From positions 1 through 64,000 of the forward strand of contig JAQGDQ010000903.1 of the NCBI GenBank assembly GCA_030141605.1: a DNA stretch of 64,000 nt, written 5' to 3'. The position numbers were made by a program, and so were the translations under genes. The DNA comes from Tubiluchus corallicola. Its lineage: Eukaryota; Animalia; Priapulida. How positions within the stretch are numbered: position 1 is the stretch's first letter; each line of letters begins with the position of its first letter. Under the pieces are notes generated by a model. That model searched no databases. It had not been told where the DNA came from and was given only the letters and a program-made list of their open reading frames with translations. This document shows positions 1 to 12,734 of this stretch, one piece after another.

Positions 1-1195
1 ATCATGACTCTTTTTCTCGTTAGATTTATGGTATAGTTTATCTAGCCGTATCGAGTGATCATGAATTAATTTTATAGATTTTATAGATTTTATATTGATT
101 GTCTAGATTCGCTTCCTGATCGCTTTGAGGTGATTCTGTCACCTGACTCCGAGGGCTTTAGTTAAGTCTATCAGGCAATGATACTGTCCTTCAAGACTTT
201 CACTTCGACCTTGTGTTGTGAGTTGAGGTCTTCTTGCCTCAAGTTATGGAGCGTTGCTCCCGCAATTGAGCTTTCTTAAGTACAATGCGAATCTCTCAAG
301 TTCGTACCTAGGATTTAGTGTTGCTTTACTTTGAATGCTCTTAATCATAAAGGAACTCGTTATCTGCGTTACCACAGTGAATAGAATTTATTCGATTACA
401 AATTACACGTTATCTAATCTGGATCACTTTATAGGATTTGTCCTTATACACCGGTGGGCGCTTACAACTAGAGTCTAGCTCCAGAGAAGATGCTCATTCA
501 CTTTAATTGATAACGATTCAGTATGCTGCACTTATGGTGCTTAATACAATGTGAAAACTACAGTTATACAAAGTTATTCTCAGATACAAATATGTTGAAT
601 TCACTTAACTTGTGGATTGACCAATGTACCCTTACACTTGGTCAAATCCTGATAGCTTAACGAGACTTCGTCGCTCCAGTGCTCAGTCTTTGGCTGAGAA
701 CGCAGACTCCTCTATGCTGGTGTCAAATGTCATTTCTTCTATGGAAGGTGCCGTCAAGACCTCGTCTCGCTGGTTCTTAAGCACTTACAGTCTGTTCAGC
801 ATACTCGCTCTTCTTTTGCTTTTCACAAATTTACTGTGGACATTCCTAGATGCACAATAGGTTCTTATAAAAATCCCTCCTTCCAGTTTTTCCCTCGAGT
901 TTCTTATCAGTGGAAATTTTTATCAGAAGGTTGTTTCCCTGAAAATTACTTTCAATTGATTCAAAAGAATATCAACAGACACCTTTTATTGCTATCAAAT
1001 TGGTTGAAAAAATATCTTCACCTTCTTATTGGAACCCACTACTGGGCGGCTTTTGACCTTGTTTGGCATAATTTACACAAAAAATTACCATCTATGACAG
1101 CTTGTTTCTCTGTACAAGTGGATAATATGACAATGATAACATAGCAAAAACAGTAGTTTCGTTAGTAGTATGTTGCTTCCTTTCATATTAATATG
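1..1195 (+). repeat. Left arm of a ~1.2-kb inverted duplication (LTR-like segment ~1-466 fused to a LINE 3' end ~467-1140); may extend left of the window
   Basis: Reverse complement aligns colinearly with 3588-4778 (e.g. 1-100 vs ~4680-4778; 1021-1195 vs ~3588-3765). The inner part encodes decayed non-LTR ORF2 C-terminal motifs (FFYGRC..DLVSLV, HKFTVDIPRC, FFPRVSYQW, CFPENY, NINRHL). Confidence 0.9.
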
Positions 1196-1658
1196 CAATT
1201 TAAAAATGTGATTAAAATGCCTAAAGTGAAGCTACGAGGTGACAATGCAGACTTATAATTACTGAGATTAGTCTAAATAGTTCAAGAAATTATTTAAAAT
1301 ATTGTGAAATATTTATTCACTACCTGCATAAGGCTCATGGAATGGTGCTCAATAAAATATCATTTAGCAAACAAAGTTTTGTGGACTCTATTCAAAAAAA
1401 TTTAGCTAGCAGTTTTTTCAGGTTACAGTATTAGATTTCAGACAACTCAGAATATTAATTTGTGAGAGAAGTAAATGCAGTCGCTAAACACATTCACATG
1501 ATGGAGAGTATCATATGATAGAAATCGTCAAAAGAAAAATGCAAGGAAAGAATGGAATGGCTGATATAGCTTACCAAACGTTTGGCATCAAAGCAAATGA
1601 TCAGTTATGTGACACACAATTATGTAAACAATACGTAAGCTATGGCCGACTCCTTCAT

Positions 1659-1925
1659 ATGAATTCAGATAAAGAGTGGCATAAATCAAAACAGGACACC
1701 CAATGAATTAAACAACATTAATCTACAAGCGTGTTTCAGCAGCATCATATTTGCTTTTGTGCTTCTCAGTGCCACATCAGGAAACTTTATGGTACTAACA
1801 ACTGTGTACAAATTTCAAAAGTTGTGGGTAAGAACAAACAATTTCATCTCATCTCTTGTCATTACAGACTTTATGGTTAAACTTGAATCTTGGCTAGCTG
1901 GAGCAAGCATTGTTGCCAAAAAGAG
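1659..1925 (+). pseudogene. GPCR pseudogene fragment (N-terminus to TM2)
   Basis: atgaattcagataaagag..tcaaaacaggacacccaatga parallels the start of the 2339 gene; ATSGNFMVLTTVYKFQKLWVRTNNFISSLVITDF parallels ATPGNFLVLIAVYKFQQLRTRTNYLISSLAVTDF; early stop and truncation after TM2. Confidence 0.85.
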
Positions 1926-1977
1926 AGATTCTTGTCTGCAACTGAAGTTTACCCATTTTAGGCAGCTATTTAGCAGC

Positions 1978-2206
1978 TAGTAAAATAACAGCAAATAAAT
2001 TACTTTACATCAGTGAACAATATCCCTGCCATATAAGCAGAACTGAAAAAACTCAGAATAAAGTGATCAGCGTACATGTAAATAGTAAAATAACAATGGT
2101 GAGGTTTTTACAGCAAATAAATTACTTTACATCAGCGAACAAAATCCCTGCCATATAAGCAGAACTGAAACAACTCAGAATAATGTGATCAGCATACATG
2201 TAAATA
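1978..2206 (+). repeat. Direct tandem duplication (~120-bp period, 2 copies) just upstream of the GPCR gene
   Basis: cagcaaataaattactttacatcag..atataagcagaactgaaa..actcagaata..tacatgtaaatag occurs at ~1989 and ~2111. Confidence 0.85.
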
Positions 2207-2338
2207 GCATTCTAATAGAGTTCTGTGACAATTTCAGCCTAATGTTTTTACTTTAAACACAGTCGTATGATTTGGTAATAAACAAAGCCAATGAACATGT
2301 GTAATAAGCAGAAAAATAACTGGTGCAGTGCGTAAAAA

Positions 2339-3226
2339 ATGAATTTCGATGAACTGTGTCAAACGACTCAAAACAGGTCAACCAATGGTACATACAAAAC
2401 TGACTCAGACGTCAATCTTGTGCTCAGCGGCATTATATATGTTTTTGTTTGTCTCACTGCCACACCAGGGAATTTTCTGGTACTAATAGCTGTGTACAAA
2501 TTTCAACAGTTACGAACAAGAACGAACTATCTTATCTCATCTCTTGCTGTTACAGATTTTGCAGTTGGACTTGGATCTCTGCTAGCTGCCATAGGCATTA
2601 TTGTTAAAAAGACAGTATATGTGGTTGCAACTGGACATGTAATAACTTTGGGAGCAAAAATAAGTATTATTCACATAACTTTAATAGCCACAGAGCGGTA
2701 TATTGCTATTATTCATTCGCTAAAATATGAGATATATGTAACTGAAACGAGAGTTAGAAAGGTTTTGTTTTTAGCATGGATTGCATGTGCCATACAGCAC
2801 GAGAGTAAGACGCTGCTTTTCTTCATAAAAAATTTATTAATACAAAACTACATAAGAGCACTTTACAAGCTAGTACGCTTTCTTCTTATCCCAACATTGG
2901 TAATTACTTTAATGTACATTAGAATATGGCTGGTGCTTCGAAAACAGTTGCATCGGATACGAGATTACGATAATCAACTTACCAGCAATCGCAGGGACAT
3001 GAAAGCTACAATCATGCTGGGAACAGTCACGGGGGTGTTTATATGCTGCTGGCTGCCAGGTTTTGTTGAAATGAGCTATATGACAATTCGGTGTGGTTTA
3101 TCGCACATGAGCAGTCTGACGGTCAGCTTAGGAATGCTAAACAGTTGTGTAAACCCAGTAATATATGCATTAAGTAGTTCACAGTTCAGAAAAGCTTTTG
3201 CACGAATACTACTTGGAGAAACATAA
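2339..3226 (+). CDS. Intronless class A (rhodopsin-like) GPCR, 295 aa
   Basis: Single ORF with 7 hydrophobic segments and motifs GN (TM1), LAxxD (TM2), ERY (TM3), CWLP (TM6), NPVIY (TM7) and helix 8 FRKAF. Confidence 0.93.
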   Translation: MNFDELCQTTQNRSTNGTYKTDSDVNLVLSGIIYVFVCLTATPGNFLVLIAVYKFQQLRTRTNYLISSLAVTDFAVGLGSLLAAIGIIVKKTVYVVATGHVITLGAKISIIHITLIATERYIAIIHSLKYEIYVTETRVRKVLFLAWIACAIQHESKTLLFFIKNLLIQNYIRALYKLVRFLLIPTLVITLMYIRIWLVLRKQLHRIRDYDNQLTSNRRDMKATIMLGTVTGVFICCWLPGFVEMSYMTIRCGLSHMSSLTVSLGMLNSCVNPVIYALSSSQFRKAFARILLGET

Positions 3227-3587
3227 AGTGATTCTGTAAAAAAAACTACAAAGTATTACTCAGGTACCTATAGCTTATGAAATGGACCCAATGGCTGATT
3301 ATTTTACACTACAATCACGTCTAGTTATCATGGTGAAATAGAAGAAATTAGGCTGCTCTTTAAGATAGAAACTTGGATGCAGAAGATCTGTGTTTCAGTG
3401 AAAAAACAAATTGTCAAACTTTCCAACTGCAATGCTCATGTGAATAGAAAATTCCATAATAAAGAAATGCAGGAAAAACATAACACTTCCGTTTACCTCT
3501 GTAGATTACCTTCAGATGAAAAGTAAAAATAAAACAAGATTAAAAAAAATAAAAATGTACAAATCACTAAAGTGTTTGTTTAGAATT

Positions 3588-4778
3588 GGCATATTAATAT
3601 GAAAGGAAGCAACATGGACTACTAACGAAACTACTGTTTTTGCTATGTTATCATTGTCATATTATCCACTTGTACAGAGAAACAAGCTGTCATAGATGGT
3701 AATTTTTTGTGTAAATTATGCCAAACAAGGCCAAAAGCCGCCCAGTAGAGGGGTTCCAATAAGAAGGTGATGATAATTTATGCAACCAATTTGATAGCAA
3801 TGAAAGGTGTCCGTTGATATTCTTTTGAATCAATTGAAAGTAATTTTCAGGGAAACAACCTTCTGATAAAAATTTCCACTGATAAGAAACTCGAGGGAAA
3901 AACTGGATTCATAAGAACCTATTGTGCATCTAGGAATGTCCACGGTAAATTTGTGAGAAGCAAAAGAAGAGCGAGTATGCTGAACAGACTGTAAGTGCTT
4001 AAGAACCAGCGAGACGAGGTCTTGACGGCACCTTCCATAGAAGAAATGACATTTGACACCAGCATAGAGGAGTCTGCGTTCTCAGCCAAAGACTGAGCAC
4101 TGGATCAACGAAGTCTCGTTAAGCTATCTGGAGTTGACCAAGTGTAGGGGTACATTGGTCAATCCACAAGTTAAGTGAACTTAACATATTTGTATCTGAG
4201 AATAACTCTGCATAACTGTAGTTTCACATTGCATTAAGCACCATAAGTGCAGCATACTGAATCGTTGTCAATTAAAGTGAATGAGCAACTTCTCTGGAGC
4301 TATACACTAATTGTAAGCGCTCACCAGCGTACAAGGACAAATCTTGTAAAGCAAACCAGACTAGATAACGTGTATTCTGTAATTGAATAAATTATATTCA
4401 CTGTGGTAACGTAGATAACGAGTTCTTGTATGATTAAGAGCGTTCAAAGTAAAGCAACACTAAACCCTAGATACGAACTTGAGAGATTCGTATTTTACTA
4501 AAGAAAGCTCAATTGCGGGAGCTACGCTCGATAACTTGACGGAAGAAGACCTCCACTCACAACGCAAGGTCGAAGTGAAAGTCTGAAGGACAGTATCATT
4601 GCCTGATAGACTTAACTAAAGCCCTCGGAGTCAGGTGACAGAATCACCTTATAGCGAACGGGAAGTGCATCTAGATAATCAATATAAAATCTATACAATC
4701 TATAAAATTAATTCATGATCACTCAATACGGCTAGATAAAACTATACGATCAATCTATCGAGAAAAAGGGTCGTGATA
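3588..4778 (-). repeat. Right arm of the inverted duplication (LTR-like segment plus LINE 3' end)
   Basis: Reverse complement of 1-1195; ends at tcgtgata (4778), directly abutting the 5'-truncated GPCR pseudogene. Confidence 0.9.
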
Positions 4779-4784
4779 AACTAA

Positions 4785-5576
4785 CTTTGTGCCCAGTCGC
4801 ATCATATTTATTTTTTTGTTTCTGATTGCCACACCAGGTGTGGTGAAAATTTCTGGTGCTGATAACTCTCTACAAATTCAACAGTTATGAATAAGAACAA
4901 ACTATCTCATCTCTCGCTGTTATAGATTCTAGAGTTGGACTTGGATCTTTATCAGCTATCAAAACCCGGCTGACAAAAATACTCATGAATTTAGTTTTCT
5001 TTTGGCAGGAAAAATAAATATTATTCACATAATTTTAATAGCTGCAGAGCGGTAGATGCCATTGTTCATTCACTAAAATATGAGACATATTTTAAAGAAA
5101 TATGATGTATATAACAGAGTTTAAAAAGTTTCCTTCTCAGCATGCGTCTTATGTGCCGTACAGCGCATAACACTATCCTGTTGCTGTCACACATAGAAAA
5201 CATTAATACAAAATTACTTAATTGCATTTTGTCACACACTACGTTTTTTATTATCCCTTCATTTGTAATCATTTTAATGTACATTAGAATATGGTTAGTG
5301 ATACATAAACAGTTGAACCTGACACAAGACTATGACAATCAACATACAGGTAATCGCAGAGAGATGAGGGCTACTATCATGGTGGGAGTGTTTATATGTT
5401 ACTTCATGCCTGGTTTTATCGAGATGGGTTCTCTGCTGTGTCACTGTGACTTAATTCAGATGGGCAATTTGATGCTAAGCATAGGAATGCTGAACAGTAG
5501 TGCAGACTCTATAATATAGGCTGGAAAGTCACAGTTCAGGAAAGCTTTTGCATGAATACTTAACGGAAAAACATAT
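4785..5576 (+). pseudogene. GPCR pseudogene, 5'-truncated, with frameshifts and stops
   Basis: Colinear with both intact paralogues (attgccacaccagg, ataagaacaaactat, atgtacattagaatatgg, ataggaatgctgaacagt); ERY is converted to ER-stop (gagcggtag, 5047-5055); deletions in TM6/TM7. Confidence 0.9.
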
Positions 5577-5641
5577 GACTCTAGTATAGAAACCACATGA
5601 AATTTTGTTTTTAAACCAACAGTCGGTGAAGTTGAATAACA

Positions 5642-5770
5642 AGCGAGTGTTTTGCCTTACAATGAGTCATTATGACTGCCATTTAGCGAGTGTTTTGCCT
5701 TACAATGAGTCATTATGACTGCCATTTAGCGAGTGTTTTGCCTTACAATGAGTCATTATGACTGCCATTT
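5642..5770 (+). repeat. Perfect 43-bp tandem repeat x3
   Basis: Unit agcgagtgttttgccttacaatgagtcattatgactgccattt repeated three times exactly. Confidence 0.95.
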
Positions 5771-7001
5771 ATCACAGTGAATTAAGTACTTTAATAACTA
5801 CTTGTGAGTTTTGGTGCAGAAGATATAACATAGAGACGCAGTGAAAGACCTCTCAGACTCTTTAACGATATCGTGTAGTTTTTTTCCTGCTATTTAGCTT
5901 AACCTTGAACATTCAAGATTGGCACTGTCACGGAAAAGTGAACATTTTCAAGACCGGCTTTAAATGATATCTTTATATGAGACATTTAACACATTTTACT
6001 TATAACCGAAGTACCAGACTGCCAAGACTGCTATTTTTTGTTTCATATAGGCTATATGTCATCAGTGACACAGTAGTTTGGAAGTCATGCTGTCTGAACT
6101 CACAGAAATTATGTTGGCATGTCTTGATTCCCTGTGTGTGATGTGCATAGTGGCCAAGAGCATTTTTATCTAGGTAAAAATATTGTGGCTAGTCTATAAG
6201 GCCTGTGCTGAAAGGTGACACTTTCCTATAACAACACTCGTATATAACTCATATACAACACCAAACCTTCCGTGTGGCTAAGAGCATTATCTTCTGCCTT
6301 TCTTGTGATAGAAAGTGAACAGACATGGCGGTGCCTTAAAGCTCCATTAATTATCTTAATTATCTTTGAATTATCTAAAGACTTTTACATCGTATTACCA
6401 ATACACTTTCTCGATGAGAGAAGATTTTAGAATCACATGTATTTTAATATTCTGATTCCACATGCAAATTTCTTACACGTCTCTTTGGGCTGATCATAAA
6501 AGTGTAACACCTGCTGAAATTTAACTTTTTAAAAGAACTGGAAGGCTTCTAATTTCCAATAGTTTCACTGGAAATGATATGATCAGAAATCAGGATACGG
6601 GCACGGCAACAATTAGTTTGCAAAATGGATGAATTTTCATCAATAATTTCCAAAAGGTTTTCATAACTTGAAAAGAAAATTTTAGGAACTTACAAATTCA
6701 TGGTGAACAACGTGGCTTGATAGTTAATCAATAGGTAACAAAACTTGCTTGCATGCCGCATGTGCAAAAAGCCCCTCCATAAATTTATTATATGTTTGCG
6801 TTTAACAGCAGCTGTGGCACTTATGCAATTTTCAATGTATTTCGAACACGACTACATTTGCTAAGACGCTTTTTTCACATTTTGTTGCTCTGTGTACAAG
6901 AACATAGAAATTTTAAAACCAACCAAAAGTCCTTTAGAAAGTAGAAACACCAAGTACATTTAACAAAAGGATCACAAAGGAACAGAGAGTGCTTAAAAGC
7001 A

Positions 7002-7928
7002 ATGGATTATGTTATGGATTGTCATGTTGTGCAAAATAAGTCAACTAATGATTCACACACAATTGATTTAGAACAGGGACTCAGCCAGAAAGATGTGTTC
7101 GATGGTATCATATTTATTTTCGTGTTTCTAATTGCCACACCTGGAAATTTCTTGGTGTTCTTAGCAGTGTATAAGTGTCACCACCTAAGAACACGAACAA
7201 ACTATTTCATCGTATCTCTTGCAGTAACGGATTTCTCAGTTGGGCTCGTATCTTTGGTTGCTGTTGCAAGTCTGATTGTCAGAGAAGAACTATTCGTAGA
7301 TGTCATTGGTATAATAACGATATTTTTAGTAAAAGCAAGCATCCTTCACGTAGTGTTAATAGCTGCTGAGCGGTACATTGCTATCATTCACCCATTAAAA
7401 TACGAGATATACATAACTGAAGCTAAAGTTAAGACAGCTTTGATCTCAACATGGATGTCAAGTGCTACAGAGCATATGGTGATGGTTTTACTGTCATACT
7501 TAGATAACATACTTGTAGAAAATTATGTAAGAGCGATTTGTGATGTACTGTTCTTTTTTATAGTCCCTTCAGTCGTAATCACTTTAATGTACAATAGAAT
7601 ATGGCTGGTGATACGGAAACAGTTGCGTCAGATACAAGATTATGATAATCAACTCTCAACTAATCACAGAGAAGTGAGAGCTACTATTATGTTGGGGACA
7701 GTCACAGGAGTGTTTATATGCTGTTGGCTGCCAGGTTTTATTGAAATGAGCTACTGGATTTTTCATTGTAACATATGGCAAATGAGCAATTTGCTGTTTG
7801 GTATAGGAATGCTAAACAGTTGCATGAACCCTATAATATACTCTATCAGCAATTCACAGTTTAGAAAAGCGTTTGTGCAAATACTTATTGGAGAAGCAAA
7901 TGCTGCTTCCATGCAAATTACAACATGA
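7002..7928 (+). CDS. Intronless class A GPCR, 308 aa, paralogue of 2339-3226
   Basis: ATPGN, LAVTD, AERY, CCWLP, NPIIY and FRKAF motifs; N-terminal N-glycosylation sequons NKS and NDS. Confidence 0.94.
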   Translation: MDYVMDCHVVQNKSTNDSHTIDLEQGLSQKDVFDGIIFIFVFLIATPGNFLVFLAVYKCHHLRTRTNYFIVSLAVTDFSVGLVSLVAVASLIVREELFVDVIGIITIFLVKASILHVVLIAAERYIAIIHPLKYEIYITEAKVKTALISTWMSSATEHMVMVLLSYLDNILVENYVRAICDVLFFFIVPSVVITLMYNRIWLVIRKQLRQIQDYDNQLSTNHREVRATIMLGTVTGVFICCWLPGFIEMSYWIFHCNIWQMSNLLFGIGMLNSCMNPIIYSISNSQFRKAFVQILIGEANAASMQITT

Positions 7929-8899
7929 TGTTTTAGTCTATTGCCAGCACCTTGCAAAAATTTAATTAGTAAATAGAAAAATTCTATTATTATCATCACA
8001 GAAGTGTATCTTCCATGGCACCTTGAGTGAAAAAGAACAGTTTTTCTTAAACCTTGTGTAGCCATCTTAAATATTGTATAGACATCTTAAATATAAATTT
8101 TTGTTACATTTGTTAAGCATATTGTTCAGCTTTTGTGGGATTGCAGATAGTGTTAAAACACCTCTCTAACAGCAAGTTAAGTGATGGATAGAAAGTACTA
8201 AGACTGACTGGAACCTGCAGGTTTTTACCAAGTTAAATAAGAGAATATTTTATCTGCAATAGATCTGTCACTTAGAAATCTTAATTTTAGAAGGAATAAG
8301 AGAGCAACAGTGACCGCTGTTGATGTTGTTGCTATCACTGGCAGTTATTGAGATCCTATTCCTTCTAACTAAAATTAATAATAATCAGTTCATGAATATT
8401 GAATTGCCTGTCGCTTCAACAAAGTTTATTCTGTAATGCTGAGCTCTAGCATGTCTGGCAAATGGCTCGAATATGAAAAATTTTGTTTCCACATCTAATT
8501 CCACGCCCGTCTCATGAATAATTAGAGTTGATCTGAGGTCTGCCACCTCTTGACATAATCTTTAAAAGTGTAGCTACAAAATTTGTTCTGAAAGTACTAT
8601 CCGCCTCAAATGATGATATTGTCAAATTATACTTGATAAATAGTTAATGCAAATCCTAATCTTAACCATAATCACTTTTTACATCAATTGCTAGCCTATA
8701 CAGGAAATTTTTAAAAAGAAGTAAAGACATAAACTTGGCTAATATGGATACAGCATCTTTACCACCACCTATGTATCAATACAAGAAAAGTGACGTTGAC
8801 AATTGCGTTGCATATGTGGACAGCTAGATGTTGCCACAAGTACCAATGTACAAACACCAGTATTAACCCGATAAAAGTTTTTAATATGTCCATGCAATT

Positions 8900-9030
8900 C
8901 CCTGTCTCTTTGGGTAAGAGAAAATTAGAAGTGTTAGCTTTCAGTCTATTACTTAAGCAGGGAAATTTTAAGGAATTTTTGTACAAAATTGGGCATGCTC
9001 CTAATAGTACATGTAAGTGCTTATTAAGCC
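8900..9030 (+). mobile_element. Possible non-LTR retrotransposon ORF2 C-terminal remnant
   Basis: GNFKEFLYKIGHAPNSTCKC resembles the C-terminal Cys-motif region of LINE ORF2; short and degenerate. Confidence 0.35.
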
Positions 9031-11289
9031 CTCAGTACATCATTTATTATTGAATGTACATTAGTAAACCAAGCTAAAAGAAATTATTTTTATTAGGACT
9101 CTGCCTACGTTAAATTCAGACTATGTTTTCTCAAGACAAGATAATAATGCTACAAATGCTTTTGCAAATCTTATCTCAGATGAATTCTTATCGTCTTTTG
9201 CCCGTATATAAATAGTCAGTTGGCAATGAAATTGTGCAAGCCACGTCACGTTTTCTATATGCCGTTTTGTTTTTATTTATGATTATGTGCAAATTGCATT
9301 AGAATCGGTAATTATGTTTGTTATAATTGTACTCGTTACTTTTTCATTGTGTGTAATGCATGTAGATTTTGTTACTATGTATTAAAATATGTTTATTATC
9401 TAATATTATGTATGTATGTTGTGACGAATCATAATCTGTAACTATGTCTATACCATATGATCGTTGTCGTTCATTGTGTCTCATGCATTAGATTCTGAAT
9501 TATATATGTATATGAGAATGTGTTTAATACTTTGTAAATGCTTATAGAAATTTTAAACTTATCCCTAAAAATAGAGGGAATGAATATTGTACATAGTTTT
9601 TAAAAATAAAGAATTATAATAATAAAAAAAATAATTTGTTTTGGCTAGGCCAAATTAGGAAGATCAGAACGACTTGGATTACATCGACTTACACATGATG
9701 TTGTGCAGCTGAAGAAAAATTGCTACATGAATAAAATCGTAGGTTTCACAATTTAATTTCACAAATGTTGACATTCATGTATATGATACACAAAGTGCAG
9801 TGATAACAATCAAATTAATTATTCTGGTTAAGTTGCCAAAACGTGACAATGACTGATCAATAAATTCTTGTGGCTTTCAGCTTATTAAGTGAAACAACGG
9901 GTGTCGGAAGGAAATGCCACGTCTTGCTCTAAATGAATAAGTTTTATGACCATTACGTGTTTCCATTGTTCATTACTGCAATACTAGAGTTTCAATTGAC
10001 GAATGAATTGTCAATCGGGCAGGCCACACAACAATGAAATCAACAATACATTTCTCTCCTGCCTCTGCACCTGCGGATACGATTTGAAATAGAATATCAT
10101 CCACAAATTTTAGCAGATAAATTTTGCTAAATTTGATTAAAACTCACACTACCGTAAAATAAATGGACAATAGCAAGACTGATCATTTGAGCCATTAATG
10201 AAAATGTCTCCCATTACTTTAAAAGCTTTTCAGAAATGCACAGACACTTGCCAACTGAATCGTGAATTATACGAGTGACAATGAACGACACAATTAAACA
10301 GGTAAATGATAGGTCCTACACTACAGAATGTGTTAGTTTGAAAAAAGTATGGTGCCAGAATCGTGTCAAGGTATGTAAATTGTTGTCATCATCATGCTCA
10401 TTTCACAAGAGAGCAAAAAGATGTGATATTATTAACATTAATTATACAGCTGGCATTAGCTACTAGTGAGTGTTACAATAACACAACTGTATGCTGATTT
10501 ACTATTTATGGGTAAAAAATAGTATAAAAATCAACAACTCCACAATCAAAAACTAGAAATCGCAACATGGCAAGAACCCGCTGGTCTATCCACAAGTAAC
10601 TTTTAAAACAAAACCAAAACCATGAAATTTATTAATCTTCTCATCAAACAATGCTGCAAAACAAAGAGATGGGTAAGCCAACACATTGACCAGTAACATT
10701 GACCAGCTGTTATTATAAATGCAAATGGTTGTGAGTCATTCTAACTAACCCCAATAATCTCCTGATGGCTAGACAAAATGGGTTTGAAAAAAGGCCGTAA
10801 CCTAATTATAATTTTGTAGGTATAACTTTAGGTAACTTATTAGCTTGGCAATACCCTAAAAAGTTGAGAGGTAGTTTGCATCTTGTGTAGCTTCTCTTTG
10901 TCTATTGCAGAGATGTTAGCAGTCCGTCAAGTCAATAGCAAAGACTTAACTCTGGTAAACTTATTCAGTATATCAACAAGATATAGTGCAATAGACTCAA
11001 AGCCATATTTTGAACGTTAGCAACCATTTCATCTAAATATGCTAATTTTAGGCATATCTTACTAACTAATACCTCCAAGCAATTTTCAGCAAAGCAAACG
11101 AGATTGCTGAGAACAAAATCTTTCGACTTACACTTTAAAAACTTTAAAATGCAACATCTTAATTTCTTAAGTTAGTGGAAGTTCTTAAAATCACAGACAA
11201 ATTTACATACAAGTAGATCTAAAATATTAAGTACTTCTTAAAAAACAAGTAACAATTTAAACCATTTTCATTATCCCTTATCCAAGAAT

Positions 11290-12210
11290 GCCTTATCCAA
11301 AGAAATAAGGACTTAGATGGTAACTATCTATAAACGGTTCTCTCTCATATGCCTCTTGAAACTGTCAACTGATGAAGCATTGATGGTTCATGATGAAAGA
11401 TTATTCCATGGTTGAACTACACGATGCCCAAAGAAGTGTGATCTGATGTTGGTTCTAGCTGGTTGCACAAATAACTTAGCTTCATGACCACAAAGAACTC
11501 TGTGAGGCCTGGAAAAAAGTCTGCCTCAGTCAGAACAGTATTTCCACTAATTATTTTGAAGCAGTTCACAAGGTCTACAGTCTCACGCCTTTGCTCAAAA
11601 GTAGAAATTGAAGCGGGATGCAAATCAATAGCAAGACGAGTACATCTATCCTGAATTCTTTTGAGAGAAATTCTTGAGAGTAGCATACTGGGGTGACCAT
11701 ACAACCTACGCGTATTCCAGAATAGGTTGAACAACAGTTTTACAGAGAGGAATAGTTACTGCTGCATTTCTCGATATCAGACACCGCTTAATCATGCCAA
11801 TATGACGGTTTGCTTTAGCAATGATATGATTCAGATGGGAATTCCATTTGAGGTCATTAGAAATCATTACTCCCAAGTCTCTGATACAAATTTTTCCAGC
11901 TATTTTAGCATTATTATAAAGTAAAGTGTAAATAGATATATGCCGTATTCTAAGTAAAGCACATTTACTGGGTTTAAGTGTCATCAGCCATTTACTTCAC
12001 CTGTCTAAAATTTCATCCAAGTCATGTTGTAAAATATGACAATCAAGATCGTCCCAAATTGGAAGAAAGGGCTTTAAATCATCAACAAACAATGGGATGC
12101 TAGTCCCTGGGAAATAAAATTGGTAATACCATTGATAAAAACAAGGAAGCAGTATGGGCCACTCAAGGGTCCTAGAGGGATACCACCTATAACGGGGCGC
12201 CATTCAGTGG
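11290..12210 (-). mobile_element. Degenerate LINE (CR1/L2/Jockey-like) reverse-transcriptase 3' remnant
   Basis: Frameshifted pieces: FVDDLK..LQHDLD (YADD region), LKPSKC, IRDLGVMISNDLKWNSH, VQPILEYA, IQDRCTR..RRETVDL. Confidence 0.85.
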
Positions 12211-12734
12211 TTAAACCATGAAGAAATCAAGTAGATTTTATGCTACTGTGCCATTAAACTGGCTTTGTAACTGAAACATCAGGAATTTTAATTATTGTCT
12301 TTCTCAATATGCATCTTTGTGGTACATATATATATTGTATTTTATTCCTTTAATAAAATTGCCTTTAAAAAACGTGTAGATCTCTTTCTATCTTTTGGCT
12401 TTCAATAATTATAAATGTGCAAAAAAATAAGTACAAAGCTAAATAAACAACAATGGAAGTTCGTTCCATACATTTTTAGGAAATGTACAAAAACAATTCT
12501 CTTCTTTCAACTAATAAACCATGTTGCATAAGATTGTGCCTGCTTGCCAATTTTCCTTGCATGTATCTTTTGTCTAGTACATTTCAACCTACTTAAAACC
12601 CCAATGCAATTAAACCCAAGTCCAATCAAGTGCACATGATTTTGGAGGTTACGAACTTAAAGTCATGCATCTCAAAGAGCAGTACAGAAATCATAGTTAC
12701 AAATAAACTATATCAGATGGTAACTTATTCTTAC

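Noticed and set aside
1-480. Definite LTR with a primer-binding site
   Set aside because: The ends resemble TGTCACG..TTACA, but the following sequence is a LINE tail and no convincing tRNA-complementary PBS is seen; kept only as LTR-like.
8759-8986. Hydrophobic minus-strand ORF as a possible downstream PIGG exon
   Set aside because: No PIGG motif recognisable; the opposite strand looks like a LINE remnant.
10911-10954. Plus-strand mini-exon (tctttgtctattgcag ... gtaaac)
   Set aside because: Splice-like signals only; no gene context or recognisable peptide.
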